DNA of 63,555 bases, counting the filler, from Reticulomyxa filosa (Eukaryota; Protista; Foraminifera), in NCBI GenBank assembly GCA_000512085.1. It is 18 parts of 18 records of this genome, joined end to end, with 100 filler letters (N's around TTAATTAATTAA, not from the genome) between each part and the next. Parts side by side here need not be neighbours in the genome. Positions count along the whole stretch, not along the records: positions 19,416 to 27,670 come from ASPP01034369.1; positions 27,771 to 31,938 come from ASPP01003125.1; positions 32,039 to 35,343 come from ASPP01022388.1; positions 35,444 to 36,924 come from ASPP01008466.1; 14 more parts are not named here. One strand, given 5' to 3'. Shown in pieces: positions 23,401-37,024 of the stretch. Each line of letters opens with the position of its first letter. Within the stretch, counting starts at the first letter, position 1. Both the position numbers and the translations under genes were made by a program. The notes below the pieces were generated by a model. That model searched no databases. It was given only the letters and a program-made list of their open reading frames with translations, and was not told the origin of the DNA.

Positions 23401-26400
23401 CAAAGAGGTCTGCGACTTGTACAAACAATACGAAAGATGCATTAACAAAGGGGACAATATAAGTCAAAAAAGAAAAGAAGAAGAGCAAAGAGAAGAAGAA
23501 AAAGAAAATCAAAAACTAAATGAGAAAAAGAGTTTCCAACAACAGTCTGATGGCAATAAACCAACATCCAAGGGTTCACAAGCGTTATTTGGGTCGTTTT
23601 TCTCAAAAAAGACACTCCAATGGTCAAAATCTGAAATGCAGCTGACAGAAGATGGAAACAAAATTGCTGAAAATTACACATTTATTCAAATACAATCCAT
23701 TGCACTCTTTGGTCAAATCTATGAATATTTTAAATTTCAATTCCCTGTTTTTAAAGCAATTAAAACTGTTTCGGATCAAGAAAAAGAACTGAAGGAAAAG
23801 TACAATGACAACCGATTAAAACAGGAGTCAGAACTGGACAGAACATTTTTGAAAAAATTGGAAGATAAACTGAAAAATGGTTGCCCTTTGGTTTGTGGAA
23901 TTGAAAAATGGCAAGATAACAAGATCAATCTAAACATGAGCACAAGATTGAAGCCCATTCGACGCTTGACTTTTACATTTGGCAATTTTACAAATCCGAA
24001 TCCAGACTATTTGGAGTTGAAACAAGTGGTCCAAAAAAACAATGAATTTGACATTCACAGCAACGAAGAGTTAGTATTTGTATACGGGCTATCTAACAAT
24101 GAAATAGTACTAGTGCTTTCCATTGACAAGAATGTGTCCGACTGCTTGCCAGAGGACGAAGAAATCAATAAAGAGGACGAAAAATATGATGTTGGCAACG
24201 AACATGCAAAAAAACAAGATGTATGGAATGAACAATACAATCAAAATTATGTAACCAAAATTTTCTTATCCTCAAGACAAACACTAAATAGAGCCAAAAG
24301 GCCGATCGGAGAATTGCGAGGTAGAATGACGTTGGTCACCTTGAGCGAGCAGAGACATTACATGATGTTGTATGAACGTGCAAGACAACTCATTCACGTA
24401 TACAGTTGGAAAGAGCGAATTGTAGACTCCTTGCAGCCATTAAATAAAACCATTGATTTGCGCGAACGAGTATTGCCCGATGGCTCTTATGTCACAAGCA
24501 TGTGTTTCGATAACAAAAATGACAATCTATATATTCTTGATAGTACAAATATAATCCGTTGCATTGATTTGGATAGAGATCAGCTCAATCATGAACGAGA
24601 AATTGTTTGCAAAGAACAGTATGTCAAACTAATGACAACATTCGAAGGAGGATATATAGTTGGAATTAAACCCCATGAAAAAAAAAAAGAGGAAGTGCAA
24701 ACTAATCACAACAAAGACAAGGTTAATAAAGAAGATGTCCAAACACCAGACGAACATGACGAGCCTGGAAGTGCAACAACAGACATCAAAGGAGAGACCC
24801 AAGCTGTTACACTCGAATCTTCTACTTCCATGAATACTTCAAATGCCGCAATTATCACTTCAACCAAATTCAAACCGAACAGTTTGGTGCAATGCGATTT
24901 TTATATTCTCGATGACTCCAAAGAACTTGTGCGCAGTTTGGTGTTGCCAAAAGAGTTTACGTCGGGGGGCATACACGGCATTCAATTCAAGTTAATCCTC
25001 CAAACACAAGCCTATGTCGTCTCTTTGGACGATGCTCGCTGTGCTCTCCTTTGTCTGCCATTGCAAATATCTTTGAAGAAATCGCAATTACATCTTGAAT
25101 TAACATCCATGTACGGAGATGTGACAATTCCCAGTGACGATGAGAAAGTTGGAACAAGGATACCAAGCAAATTGGATTACATTGAATACAGTTTGGACAA
25201 ATTTGGATCCAAGCCAGAGTTTTTCATACAAAAAAAATTGACTCTTCATTTATCTGTTCTATTCGACGCGAATGAAATCACACATCATCACCATCATGGG
25301 TTTCGAAAGAAAGTATTTTACAGATATCTGAATTGGTATTGCATACATGTAACAAGATCAAACAAGACACCAAAAAAGTGTTTAGGCATTTGGATTGGCA
25401 ATGTGTACCCCTTGTAATTGATGGCAAAAACAAGCAAATTCATCTGAAAGATGTTTTGAAATTGGTGAAAAATCATAGTCCTTTTAGAAGTGGAGATGAG
25501 TTCATAAGACAAGTGATTGTGCAATTTCCAATGCAAATTGCTCGAGCGTCTGGTGGTGAATTTGTATTACTTCACAATGGTGAAAACGATCAAGCACGTT
25601 ATGCACATTGCACAACAAACGGCAGTTTTGTTGATTGTATTCGATTTGGAGGCTATGATGCACTAATCAACTCGTGGCCAGGAAAGATTCGAGTGGTAAG
25701 TAGCATGGGAAAACAATCCACTGGCAAATCTTATATGTTGAATCATTTGCTTGGATGCAAATTCGATATTTCGGGTGCTCGTTGCACAGATGGAGTTTGG
25801 ATCACTGCAAGGATTGTTGGAGATATTTTATACGTCATTTTAGACTTTGAAGGATTAGGATCATTTGAACGATCTCCTCAAGAAGATGCTCTTTTATCTG
25901 TATTCAATGCATCCATTTCGAATTGCACTGTATTCAAATGTGAAAATCGTTTTGATCAAGATATTGCCAAAATGTTTGAGAGATTCCAAAATGGAGTCCA
26001 GTTTTTACGTGATGACAATGACAAATTGTTCAAAGGTCGTTTGCTTATTGTTATCAAAGACATTCCTCCAGCAGACACCAAACAAGTCATTTCTGAATTT
26101 TCCAAAAAAATTGCATCCTTTTGTCAGGATTGCACAGACAAAAATGGAGAGTCAGAATCATTTGTAATGCAAATGTACAAAGATCCAACAAACATTTACA
26201 TTGAACCCTATCCTCCATTAACGCACATCTCGTTTTTCAAAAAATTAATTGTCTTGCGAAGATCGATTGAAAGTTTGCCGATAATTCATGGCGATGGTGG
26301 TATTCTCTTCTTGAGACATATGAAAGCAATTATGGCAAAGCTAACAATGAAAGATTGGAACTCGAATCTAAGCGAACAGATTGTGGAGTCGGCAGTGGAG

Positions 26401-27670
26401 AGGGTGCAACAATACACAGAGAGTGTGATCAACTTTGGGACTTTGACCATCTCCAAAACATTTGAATCATTGGAACGTTTTGATGTCAATGAAGACATGG
26501 AGGTTGTGGATTTAACCAAAAAAGAAAAAATTGTTGTAAAAAATTCAGACGTGGTCAACTCCCTTTTGCAAAAATTAGAACACGTTCAACATCAAAGCAA
26601 TGAGCAGTCGAATGAAACAATGACTGAACAAATCAGTCAATTAAAGCAATGGAAAGGACATTTCGAAAAGATATTAGACAATATTCCAAACGCTGGGTTA
26701 AACTTAATTCATAACAATATTTTGAAATTTTTGTACAGAGAATTTGAGAGACAAGTGCCCGAATGCAAACGGGGTCATTCCACTCACAAAAAATGGTTCA
26801 TTACATTTCAATTGTTTTTGAAATTGATTTATTTGAGACGAGAATTGACCTTAGAGAAGTGGATTACCAATGAATTGCATGGATTTGGGTTTCAAACACT
26901 ACGAGGAAATAATAATGTGCAAGAACAAACAGTTGGCGTAACCGACAAGCGTGTAAAACGTGGTCAAAAGGAAGCGATGGCCAAATTTATCAAGCCATTG
27001 ACCAACATTGTACTTAATCAACTACAAGCAGCGGAAAATTTGCTTATGTTATGTGGAGCCAAATGTAAAGACTGCTATTTCCTATGTTTGTTGCGACATG
27101 CACATCAATGGAATGGCGAAGCTGATCACAGTTGTTTGGGGTCGCATCAATGTGTTCAGTTGTGTAAGTGTTGTCAAGTCAATGCAAATAGCTGTGACAA
27201 AGAAGAGATCTTACCATGCAAATTGCAAGCAGGCCATGAATCTTTTCATGACTGTCGCCGGAAAAGCCACAAGTGTGACAAGGATTGTTCATTGAGACAA
27301 TATGGCAATTGCAATGAAAAATGTGGTTTGGAATTTGGTCACAGCAGCGAAACAGCTTGCATGTGCAATAGTCCCATCCACTATTGCAATGAAAACTGTT
27401 CTTTGCCTGGATGTCCAAATAAATGTGAAATTGATTATGCCAAGGAGCATACGAGACATGAGTGTTCCGAAAAGAGATGTACAAAGCGTTGTGAAATACC
27501 TTCTTGCGGTATTTTTTTTTTTAAAAAAAGCTTACATGCATGCACATTGTCTTGTTTTGTGATGCATTGAATAAAAGTTTAAAATTTTGTTTACAATGTA
27601 GAGGCAACATGCGATTGCAATGGCGGTCATTTCCATGATGTGGATATGAAAGATGAAAAAAAAATTGAAA
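20451..27670 (+). CDS. giant protein: three SAM-like domains + VLIG/GBP-RHD3-type P-loop GTPase + Cys/His-rich repeats (3' truncated)
   Basis: SAM-like FKDWLIQKGFKDYAESIIQNGGITDL, FKEALIEAGY...VGMTAGSLRKF and LMERGI...IRMGFARAF. G1 SMGKQSTGKSYMLNH, G2 RCTDGVW, G3 LDFEGLGSFERSPQED. C-x3-C...H-x-C repeats from ~27050. Frameshift near 25310. Confidence 0.85.
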
Positions 27671-27770
27671 NNNNNNNNNNNNNNNNNNNNNNNNNNNNNN
27701 NNNNNNNNNNNNNNTTAATTAATTAANNNNNNNNNNNNNNNNNNNNNNNNNNNNNNNNNNNNNNNNNNNN

Positions 27771-27799
<29 letters not shown>

Positions 27800-27807
<8 letters not shown>

Positions 27808-28288
27808 GAGCCAAAATCAAGGGTATGAAGATAAACAACAAAACTTTGACGTGATTTGCTAAAGGTTCTTTGAATCTTTGAAATTTATTGGAAAAAGTAT
27901 TAGCATCAACTTTGCCTTCGGCACTTGCAAAAAGCTTGCCAAGTTGTTTCAAAGCCTTAACTCGTGATTGCCATTGATTATTTTTATGGTCTTTGAGTTC
28001 CTCAAAGATTTCGTCTTCGTTAGTACCAGCAGAATTGGCCGCTTTCGATTTTCCCGCAATGATGGGCGACTGAGTGCTCACAGCTGTTTTTTTGGGAGAT
28101 TCATTTTTATTGCCATTGACACTAGCGACCTGAGGACTATTGGTACCATTACTCGTTTGTGTATTGGCTCGACTGCGTCCTTGGGCCTCGCCGTCCGTGT
28201 CCGAGAAATCTTCCACGCAACGTAGATACGACTTTCCAAATATTTTCACGCGTGGCGTGTTGGGAGCTAATTTCGACCATTTGAACAT
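27800..28288 (-). CDS. CLASP-like TOG/HEAT protein, first exon
   Basis: EIFEELKD....WQSRVKALKQL...FQRFKEPLANH resembles the first HEAT pair of CLASP_N/TOG domains. The contig ends in a poly-A intron. Confidence 0.55.
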
Positions 28289-28356
28289 ATTTTAGTCACA
28301 ACAAAGCTTTAATATTTACATACAATCAATGCTTTTTGAAAATGTAGTAACAAATC

Positions 28357-29445
28357 CTACATGCCTATCAATCGAGAAATCAAATTCTCAAAATCTTTGA
28401 CGTCGCTTTCATTATGTCCAAAGACCTCTGGCCAATATAGTAATGCTTCTTTGAACTCAGCGAACGTAACGAGTTTGATTTTCAGTTTAAGTATGTCGTC
28501 GCTTCTGCCGTCGTATGCGTGATTACTGGATTTACGCTTCATGCCGACCAGCGCCAACTTGTTAAACATTATTTTGCATTCGTCAATGTCCCACTGGATC
28601 CACAGTTTCTCCAACCCATAACAAAACCCTTCAAAGGTAATGCCCTCGACTCTCTTTTCGGACATTCGTCGACCGGTGACGCTTTTGCGATTGCCACTTT
28701 GTAACGCCGCAGCTTCGTCGTCACTTGGAGGAGATGGGTTGCCACATAGCTTTTCAAACGCCGTTCGGAGCAATTCATCCGAGATCACCTCTCCCCCTTT
28801 GTACGTCGGGACGACCTCCATTTGCAAAGGGTTTTTGCTTTCCTCCACTGCTTTGTCTTCGATTATTATCGCTATGTGACACCATTGTGCATATACACGC
28901 GTGCATTATATATTATTCATATCATCTTCGACTATTGTTATGCTCAAATAAAATAAATAAAGAAATAACAAAAGAATTCGTACGTGTAGACGGCTTCCCC
29001 GTTTGGTGACTACGTGACGCTTGGATATCACGACTTTGAATAGGCTTTGAATTCGCAACGTCTTTGTGATTCTCGCGTTTGGCCTCTTTCCGATCTTGTC
29101 CGCCTTTGTTGTGCAACGATTCCGACATTTGCTCGTCTTTCAAAATCAACGCACTGTTTTCCGTATATTTGCTTGCGACCTCCGCATTTTCGTCCTCGTC
29201 TTCTTTCCTTTGGTCCGTCGACAGCATCGTCACACTGCTTTCCTCGTCGCCGGCTTCATTGTTCTCCGCATTCGCTCGCAAGTGATCGTCGTCTCCATCA
29301 TTGCGATGGATTATTTTCGGCTGCTTTCGCTGTTGGTGCTTTGACGCGCTTTGATTTTGTTGATCAAATGAATGTGTTGTCTTCTCTTTTGGTATTCGAT
29401 TGTCCCCATTTGCTATTGGATAACGATCACTGTGGTCATCAACAC

Positions 29446-29485
<40 letters not shown>

Positions 29486-29758
29486 GTAAGTACCATTCTT
29501 CATTGAAGGCACTTGTTGCGAAGAACGATTTTTGTTTGCATTTGTATTAGACGAGGCGTTCGATGTTCCATGTCGGTTTGTCTGCATATTTTCCAATACA
29601 CTCGTCATTTGTTGCTGACGTGTTTGTGTCCAATGTATTTGTTGCTTTTGATACATTTCTTCCATTTCACTACTTGACAATGGTTCCAATTTATGTGTTT
29701 GGACATACATTGCCAGGCGATTTAGGTTCAATGATAACATTATCATTTGTTCTTTCAA
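28357..29758 (-). CDS. hypothetical protein with Asn/Gln low-complexity region and degenerate EF-hand-like C-terminus
   Basis: ORFs 28922-29758 and 28357-28848. ITFEGFCYGL...ECKIMFNKL...VTFAEFKEAL resembles EF-hand helices. Confidence 0.5.
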
Positions 29759-30910
29759 GCGATCAATTTCATCCTTTTTTTTTTTTTTCCCCTTTTGGTC
29801 ACTTTTTTTTTTTGCCCTTTTTTTTTTTTTTGTTCCTACTTACTTCCCTCCCTTCCCCCTTCTCTTGTCTTGAGTGTTTGTAACTTCATATTCTTCCAAT
29901 TTATTTTCAAATTGATTTATTTTTTTTTTAATTTTTTATTGGTTTGTTCGTTATTCTCCGAGTCGTTGCGAAGCTAGTTTGTTTTTTTTTGCAATTTTGG
30001 GTTTGATTCAATTCTTTTTTTGTTTTGCTTTGTTTTTTGAGTAACTGTGTTATATCGCGAATCGGTATGGTTATGCACTGTCGGCATCTGTGCAATTGTC
30101 AACGTATACGTTTGCATTATATGTATATTTTTTTAATAGAAACACTGTGGGTAGTGCTTTTTTGAAGTGAGTGGTAGAAAGTTACTGAGTTTTTTGAAGA
30201 ATGACCAGGAACACCATTTGTTTTTTCTATATTATTGCTCGATTTTGAACGGATGGAATTTCCTGAAGCTCCAAAAACTAACATTGCAAATATTGAGCGT
30301 GTTTAAAGGGTATTTTTCAAAAAGGGCAGCTACAATATTACAAAATATCCGAGGTGATAAAGTGTTGTCAAGAAGAAATTCGCTTATCTCTGACAAAGAT
30401 CACTTAGACAATTCATAGCATTTCTCAACTTCAAATTTTAGTCCTTTTGTGAAGTAATTCTCTGTTCGATCGTTGTAAATTTATATTAGAGAAAACCCAA
30501 CCGTCTTTTTTACAAGTTTGAAGTGAGCAACATGTCCTGTTGTATTCTGTAAGACAAATATAACAAGATTAGAGCCTTTAAAAGGAAAAGAGAGCGGCTG
30601 GATCATTTTCTTATTTATTTTGGTTCACAACTGTTCGACAAGTAGAGTTGAAAAGGGGTTTTTTACAGCGGTGCTGTCAACATCTAATTATTATAAATTA
30701 CTTTTCAAAAAAAAAAAAATTTGAAAATGTCACAGAAACAGGTGCTTCTGGAAGAAAATTGTATTTCCCTCTTTTGTTTATGAAAGCGTCTCTTCAACTT
30801 GACGGACACAAAAAAAAAAGTAAAAATTAAAACAAAATAAAACACAACAAAAAAAGACTTGGGCAGACCTCTTACATGAATTTCAAAAAAATAGTCAAAC
30901 AGCAGTAGCA

Positions 30911-31938
30911 ATGGCAAAAAACAAGACGGAATGGGAAAATTCGAGATCTGAAGAACAGATGAGAGGAAGCAAACCAAGGAATAGCGAGGCATCCATTAAG
31001 AACAAGAGCAAGAACAATAATAACAATAAAAAGCGCTCCGAGAGTAGTACGAGCACAGCAATATCAACAGCCGTAGCAGCAGCAAAAGCAAAAGAGAAAT
31101 CGAAAGAAAAAGTGAAGAAAAAAACGAAGAGTAGTGCCAGCACCGAAATCGAGATAAAAATGCCGCCATTGTATCACCACCAAGACGAGATGGAGTATTA
31201 CCAAAGTCCACCAATTCCACAACAGTTGAAAGCAAAGCATAACCAACGGAAGCAATCGCTTCAAGACCAAGAGTATGAGGACAGCAAAGAGGAAAAGCAA
31301 GAGCAAATACAGCATCAGCAAATACAGCATCAGCATATCCAAACGGTTTCCCAAAATCAAAAATTTATACCAAAATTTTTGGAAGAGAAGGAAGATGAGT
31401 TGTACTCGAAGAGACACAGCGACACCTCCAATGACCGTCATCACCATCATTATCACTCTTCGAAAGGGTTAGGAATAAAGACGAGATTTGTACAACAAGA
31501 AGATCCTAACAACAATAATAACAACAACAATAATAATAATAATAATAATAATAATGGTAATGATAATGATAATAACAATAATAATATGAACAATTCTAGA
31601 TTGCCTCGCCCTGTGACACGCGTGTACGTGAATGCGCCAGATGACAACCACCAAAGCGCGAATACGTACCCACACAATACATTTACACCGACCCTTCCAA
31701 GGTTGGAAGAGTATCACATACAATCGCAAAGCAAACCCCATCTGCAACAAAATGCTGTCGTCAAACGCCAACCCAATCAATTGGCTGATCCTTTTGTCCA
31801 TCCTGCAAAGTCAAAATCCAGATCTAAATCGAAATCTAAATCGAAATCTAAGTCCAAATCCAAGTCAAAGAAAAAAAGCAAACACAAAAGCAAAAGCAGA
31901 AGTAAAAGTAAAAGTAAAAGTAAAAGTAAAAGTAAAAG
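30911..31938 (+). CDS. hypothetical low-complexity protein (poly-Asn, Ser-Lys repeats), 3' truncated
   Basis: Open frame from ATG 30911 to the contig end. Confidence 0.55.
31809..31938 (+). repeat. hexamer repeat encoding (SK)n, ending in (AAAAGT)n
   Basis: Visible directly; the contig breaks inside it. Confidence 0.85.
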
Positions 31939-32533
31939 NNNNNNNNNNNNNNNNNNNNNNNNNNNNNNNNNNNNNNNNNNNNTTAATTAATTAANNNNNN
32001 NNNNNNNNNNNNNNNNNNNNNNNNNNNNNNNNNNNNNNTTTTAATATAATAAGTTCAAAAAAATGTTAATTTGTTAAATTTTTTTAAAAAATATATAAAA
32101 GTGATTCATTTTACTTTCAATTGTATTTATTTCTTGTTTTTCATTGTTTTTTCTATTTTTTTTCAACAGTGTTTCCGAAGGGATTAAAAAAAAACTAGCT
32201 TATTGAAGTAACTTAGTCCCATTGTTGAAAAAATAGAATTAGCTTATGTGTGCCAATATGATATATTCTTCGACAATATAGTATATTAAGTCAATATTCA
32301 AGTAAAAGTGAAAATCCCTTTTTCATAAAAACTAACAGCCAGCTTCGTCACTTTATTGCATCATAAGAAGAAATTTTGCTTAAAACGTTTAAAAAAAAGT
32401 GAATGATGAAACGAAAAAACACTAGTAAATTTTAAGCAAACACAAGACAATTGGAAATGTGGGTAAAACGCTACATGGTAGACAAAATGATAAAAAAACA
32501 TAGATGGCAACGTTTTAAATGTTTCGGCAACTA

Positions 32534-33813
32534 CTAAGGATAGTGGCGCAAGGTTTGAAGTTTGGCTAAAGCTTTCTCACAGGATTTGATCCAGGAAAAA
32601 GACCCACAAAACACAACAATTTCCTTGACACCGCTTTTCAAAGAAGAAATGCGTTCAAATTCAGCTTGGAACGAGTCTATTAAATCATGTGTGGTTTCCC
32701 ATTTGAAAAACCTTACAGTGTGGAGACCGTCTTGGCCTTGGATATTGGAAGAAGGGATACTGTGAACCAAACATTGAGCTTTTTCGGTGGAACAACAAAC
32801 AAAGTTTAAGTTTTTGGCAACAGCCTCAAAAAAGCAAATGCCACCTTTGATACAATGTCGAAGCAAAATTTCCAAACAACCCTTGACATCTTTGTCATTG
32901 TGAAACAACACCATACATCGCAAATGGAATCTTTGATTGACATGTTGTGCCCGAATGGTATTCACCAATGCATTAATACCATCAGGATTGTGCGCAACGT
33001 CTAAAATACAAAAAAAGTGGCCATCTTTTTTATCTTTTGGCAACAACGATGATGATGATGACAATGATGATGATGATGACGAGGGTAACACCAATTCCAA
33101 TTGCTGATAACGAAATGGCGGACGGCATTGCAATAATTTCTGATAATCGATTTGAGCAAACGATCGATCGATATGAGAGTATCCAGCTTTTTGCAATGAC
33201 TTGGCCAATGGCGACATTGCGCACTTGACCAATTCCGTATTCCACACATTAAAGTCAAAGAGACCGGACGCACCAATGTTCGGATCCTTGGAATTCAAGC
33301 CTTGATGGCTCGTGTGAGGAATGTCGCATACGTACAAATCATTCTTTTGCTGCTCCACAATCGGCTTGATAATATGGAGAGGAACAGTTGATCCGACCAA
33401 AACGTCACAAGCATTTTTTATTATCCCACTTTTTTCTCGAGTTATGTCATCGACTGTGTTCCCTAGCATGTGGCAGTGGTCCAGCGCTACATGCGTGATC
33501 ACGGCCAACAAAGGACGTTCAATCATGTTCGTTGCTGTGTGCTTGCCACCCATCCCAACCTCGATCACTGCTATGTCGACGTTCGAGTCACGAAAATACA
33601 TAAATGCGATCACTGTCGTTATTTCGAAAAACGTCAGATGAATTTTCGATTTGTTGTACGTATTACCGTTGTGGTAATTGTTGCTAGGGTTATAATAATG
33701 GTTATAATTATAACTATAATTATTGTTATAAGAGTAATGGTTATTTGTGTTATAATAACAATTGTAATAATTATTATTACCATTATTGTTATTATTATTA
33801 TTAATATTATTAC

Positions 33814-33849
<36 letters not shown>

Positions 33850-34360
33850 CATTGCTATTGTACTCACCAAAAGTCTTTGACACTTGATACTCTTTATCTA
33901 ATATCTTATTCAAGTAATACACAAACTTCTCTTCACCAATTGGCTCGTCGTTCACCATTATTCGCTCACGTATTGTCTCCGTGTGTGGCCCGTGATAAAG
34001 TCCTACTTTTTTAAATACTTTTCTCTTTTCCCCATCTTCCCCTTTCTTCTCCAACCATTGCAACATCTTTGAACACTTCCAAACAAACGATCCTTTCCCA
34101 TTTGTTCCTGTCACATGGATACATGGGTAGTGACGATAGGGCTTGTCGTAGATCTCCCCAATTTTTTCTCTTATTGCCAGCAAAACTTCAGACGGCACCT
34201 TACGTTCGAACAGTTTGCGGAAGGTTGTCAAATTGTGCTCTATCGTTGAGAAAGACAAGGGAGAGGGATTGGCCTCATAACATGCTTGACACGAATTACA
34301 ACTATCCCAATTCCATAAATTGCAATTTTTACATTTCCAACAGCTGCCAGGCTTTGACAT
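32534..34360 (-). CDS. folC: folylpolyglutamate synthase / dihydrofolate synthase (FolC family) with N-terminal RanBP2-type zinc finger and Asn-rich insert
   Basis: IHVTGTNGKGS, ERI, TFFEITT, IEVGMGG, LDHCHMLGNT, EKSGIIK, LDVAHNPDG, FCGS. N-terminal WKCKNCNLWNWDSCNSCQAC. Confidence 0.92.
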
Positions 34361-34774
34361 GACTGAATTAAAAAAAAAACGAAAAATGTAAAAAAAAAAA
34401 GCTTAAAATACGCTCGTAAATTTGTCCTTACTTTTTTTTTTTTAAAAAAAGAGGTCTTGCATTTCAAACGGAGTGAAAAATGCAATTGAGTGGCTTTCAT
34501 TTTCTTATATAATGTGCTTTAAACATTACTAAGAAAAAAGTGTTCAGTTTGACTTACTCTGCCGAATAAAGGTTGAATATAAACCAAAACACTCTAATCC
34601 GTTCCACATCAGGAAAATATGGCAAATGTAGTGGAACAGTAATTAATAGAGGAAGGAGAAAAAAAAAGGAGTCTTTCAGCCCTGAACCAAATTGTATAAT
34701 AGATAGTGATCAACTCTCAACATCACAAGACTCATTTTCTTGAAAAAGCCAAAAAAATTTGCCAACCTAATCAA

Positions 34775-35298
34775 ATGTCTATATTTCGTAGACATCAAAG
34801 TAACGACGGACTCAATTATAACTTTCAAATAAAGTTGGAAAGATTGGTGTTGTTGAATGAGACACAATTTTTGTATTCGCGAATACGATTGAAAGAAAAG
34901 TCAGGATCGAGTATATCGTTTTCGAGTTCTCAGTCGCAGTGCACTCCATGGCGTCATGGGAAGTGTGTATACCAAATGGGCGACCAAGTGTCCTTTGGAT
35001 GTTGGCTCGCACATGCACATCGGAAGCAAAGCGGAAGCGTGAAGGAAAGCGAGAGTTCAAGAGGACTGGAGACACCTTACGGGTCGAAAATAATGCAACT
35101 GATTGTGGAGACGTGTGAAGAGCCAAAGAGCAAGCAAACAAAGTACAGCAAATACAACTTGGACCTGACACTGTACATTGATATTCGCAATCCGACCCGC
35201 ACGTTTCCGTTAACCTTCGCTTTGAAAACAAACATGACGCTAACAAGCAAGCTTCGATTCAAGTACAACAATAAAAGGAAAAAGGGATGGGGAGAGGA

Positions 35299-35338
<40 letters not shown>

Positions 35339-35343
35339 GCATA
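34775..35343 (+). CDS. possible NT-type C2 domain protein, 5' part
   Basis: Beta-rich N-terminus YNFQIKLERL...KIMQLIV...YNLDLTLYI fits EEIG1/EHBP1 N-terminal C2 patterns. Divergently transcribed from folC. Confidence 0.4.
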
Positions 35344-35443
35344 NNNNNNNNNNNNNNNNNNNNNNNNNNNNNNNNNNNNNNNNNNNNTTAATTAATTAAN
35401 NNNNNNNNNNNNNNNNNNNNNNNNNNNNNNNNNNNNNNNNNNN

Positions 35444-36924
35444 GTTGGCCGCCGTGGCTTGCTCCACCACCATTTTCTTGTAGTTGGACGAGGTCCAGCT
35501 GGTGCGGGCATCAACCGGCAGGAAGAACATGGCCGCACGGCCACTGCTGCTGTTGTAGCCATTGGGCGATACCACGTACCAGTTGCCGTCGTTCATCTGC
35601 AGGATCTGCGGCTGGGCAAAGGTCAGGCCCAGGTCGCTGTCGTCGGACGAGGTGAACTCCCACTGCACCAGCTCGTTGGCCTTGGACTCCAGCAGGTTGG
35701 CCGGCGCCGTCACGTTCAGCAGGAACAGGCTGCGGCCGCCACCGCGCAAGCCACCGGCGAGCAGGGTTTTCCAGCTGCTGTCGGCCCAGGCGGCGCTGCT
35801 GTGCAGCTGGCCGTCCACGAAGTAACGGTGGCTGTAGTTCTGCTCGGTCAGGTCGATCAGCGGTGACTGCCCGACGGTGGACGACAGGAACACCTTGGGA
35901 ATGAAGGCAAACTTCTCCACCCCGCTCGCAGCATCAAAACCGTGCAGCATGCCGTCGTTGGCCCCCACGTACAGCATCGGCGCCCGGCTCTTGTAGTTGC
36001 TGTAGAAGCTGCTGTAGCTGCTGTCGCTGCGGAAGCCGCTGACCGGTGCGCCGACATAGGCACCACGTGAATGCAGGATGTCGCCCAGCTTGGTGCGGCT
36101 GCGAACGCGGAATTTGCCGGTGGTGGTGCCTTCGTTGGCGGCGCTACCGCGCAGGTAGTCGACGCGGTTAGCCGCCACGCTGTTGCTTTCCACGCTTTCG
36201 CGCAGCGACGGCAGCAGGTTGTAGGCCGGCAAGGCCAGGCTGGTGCTGGTAAACGGAATGGCCTTCACCGAACTGTTGCTGACACCGGCGATGATCTGGC
36301 GTGAGCTGCTGGCCGGCAGCAACTCGGCGGCCGACCATAGCGTGGTGGCAAACTTCTTCTGCGTCTCGTCGTATTTCTTGGCCACCAGGCTGCCCGACCA
36401 GTCGGCCGAATCGTAGCCGCCGGTGTATTCGGCTGTATCGGTTTCCAGCTTGCTGCTGCTACCCACCGCCGGCACCAGGAACGGTGCCTGCTGTTGGATG
36501 GTATTGAAGATGCGGTCCAGCTGCTGTTCCAGTTTCAGCGGGTTGGTGGCGGACGCGTAAGCATCGGGCACACCGTCACCGTCGGCGTCCCACTGGCTGG
36601 TTTCCACCAGCGCATTGGCGTCGCTACCGGTCTTGGCGTCGGTATAGCCGCCGTACTTGGCCATGTACCACAGCGGCGACTGCAGCCGCTCTACCGTGGA
36701 AGCGCCATTGCTGACGGTAAAGGTGCGGTCGAAATTCTCCGGCAGGATCGGGCAGTTGCTGCGGCGCGGGCTGTTATACAGGCCGTACAGCAGGCTGTAG
36801 TACGGCTGGCTAGTGGCAATGCACTCGATACTGGTGCCCTGGTAGCCGTTCCACTTCTGCGCCCACGGTTCGTCTTCCTTCTCGCGGATCACCAGGTAAG
36901 GGCCGGTCTTGTTGCCATCGGTCG
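35444..36924 (-). CDS. pilY1: bacterial type IV pilus adhesin PilY1/PilC (internal fragment, beta-propeller domain)
   Basis: LGDILHS, YVGANDGMLHGFD, YFVDG, GGLRGGG, DLGLTFAQPQI and NGYNS motifs. Intronless, GC-rich contig open at both ends. Confidence 0.93.
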
Positions 36925-37024
36925 NNNNNNNNNNNNNNNNNNNNNNNNNNNNNNNNNNNNNNNNNNNNTTAATTAATTAANNNNNNNNNNNNNNNNNNNN
37001 NNNNNNNNNNNNNNNNNNNNNNNN

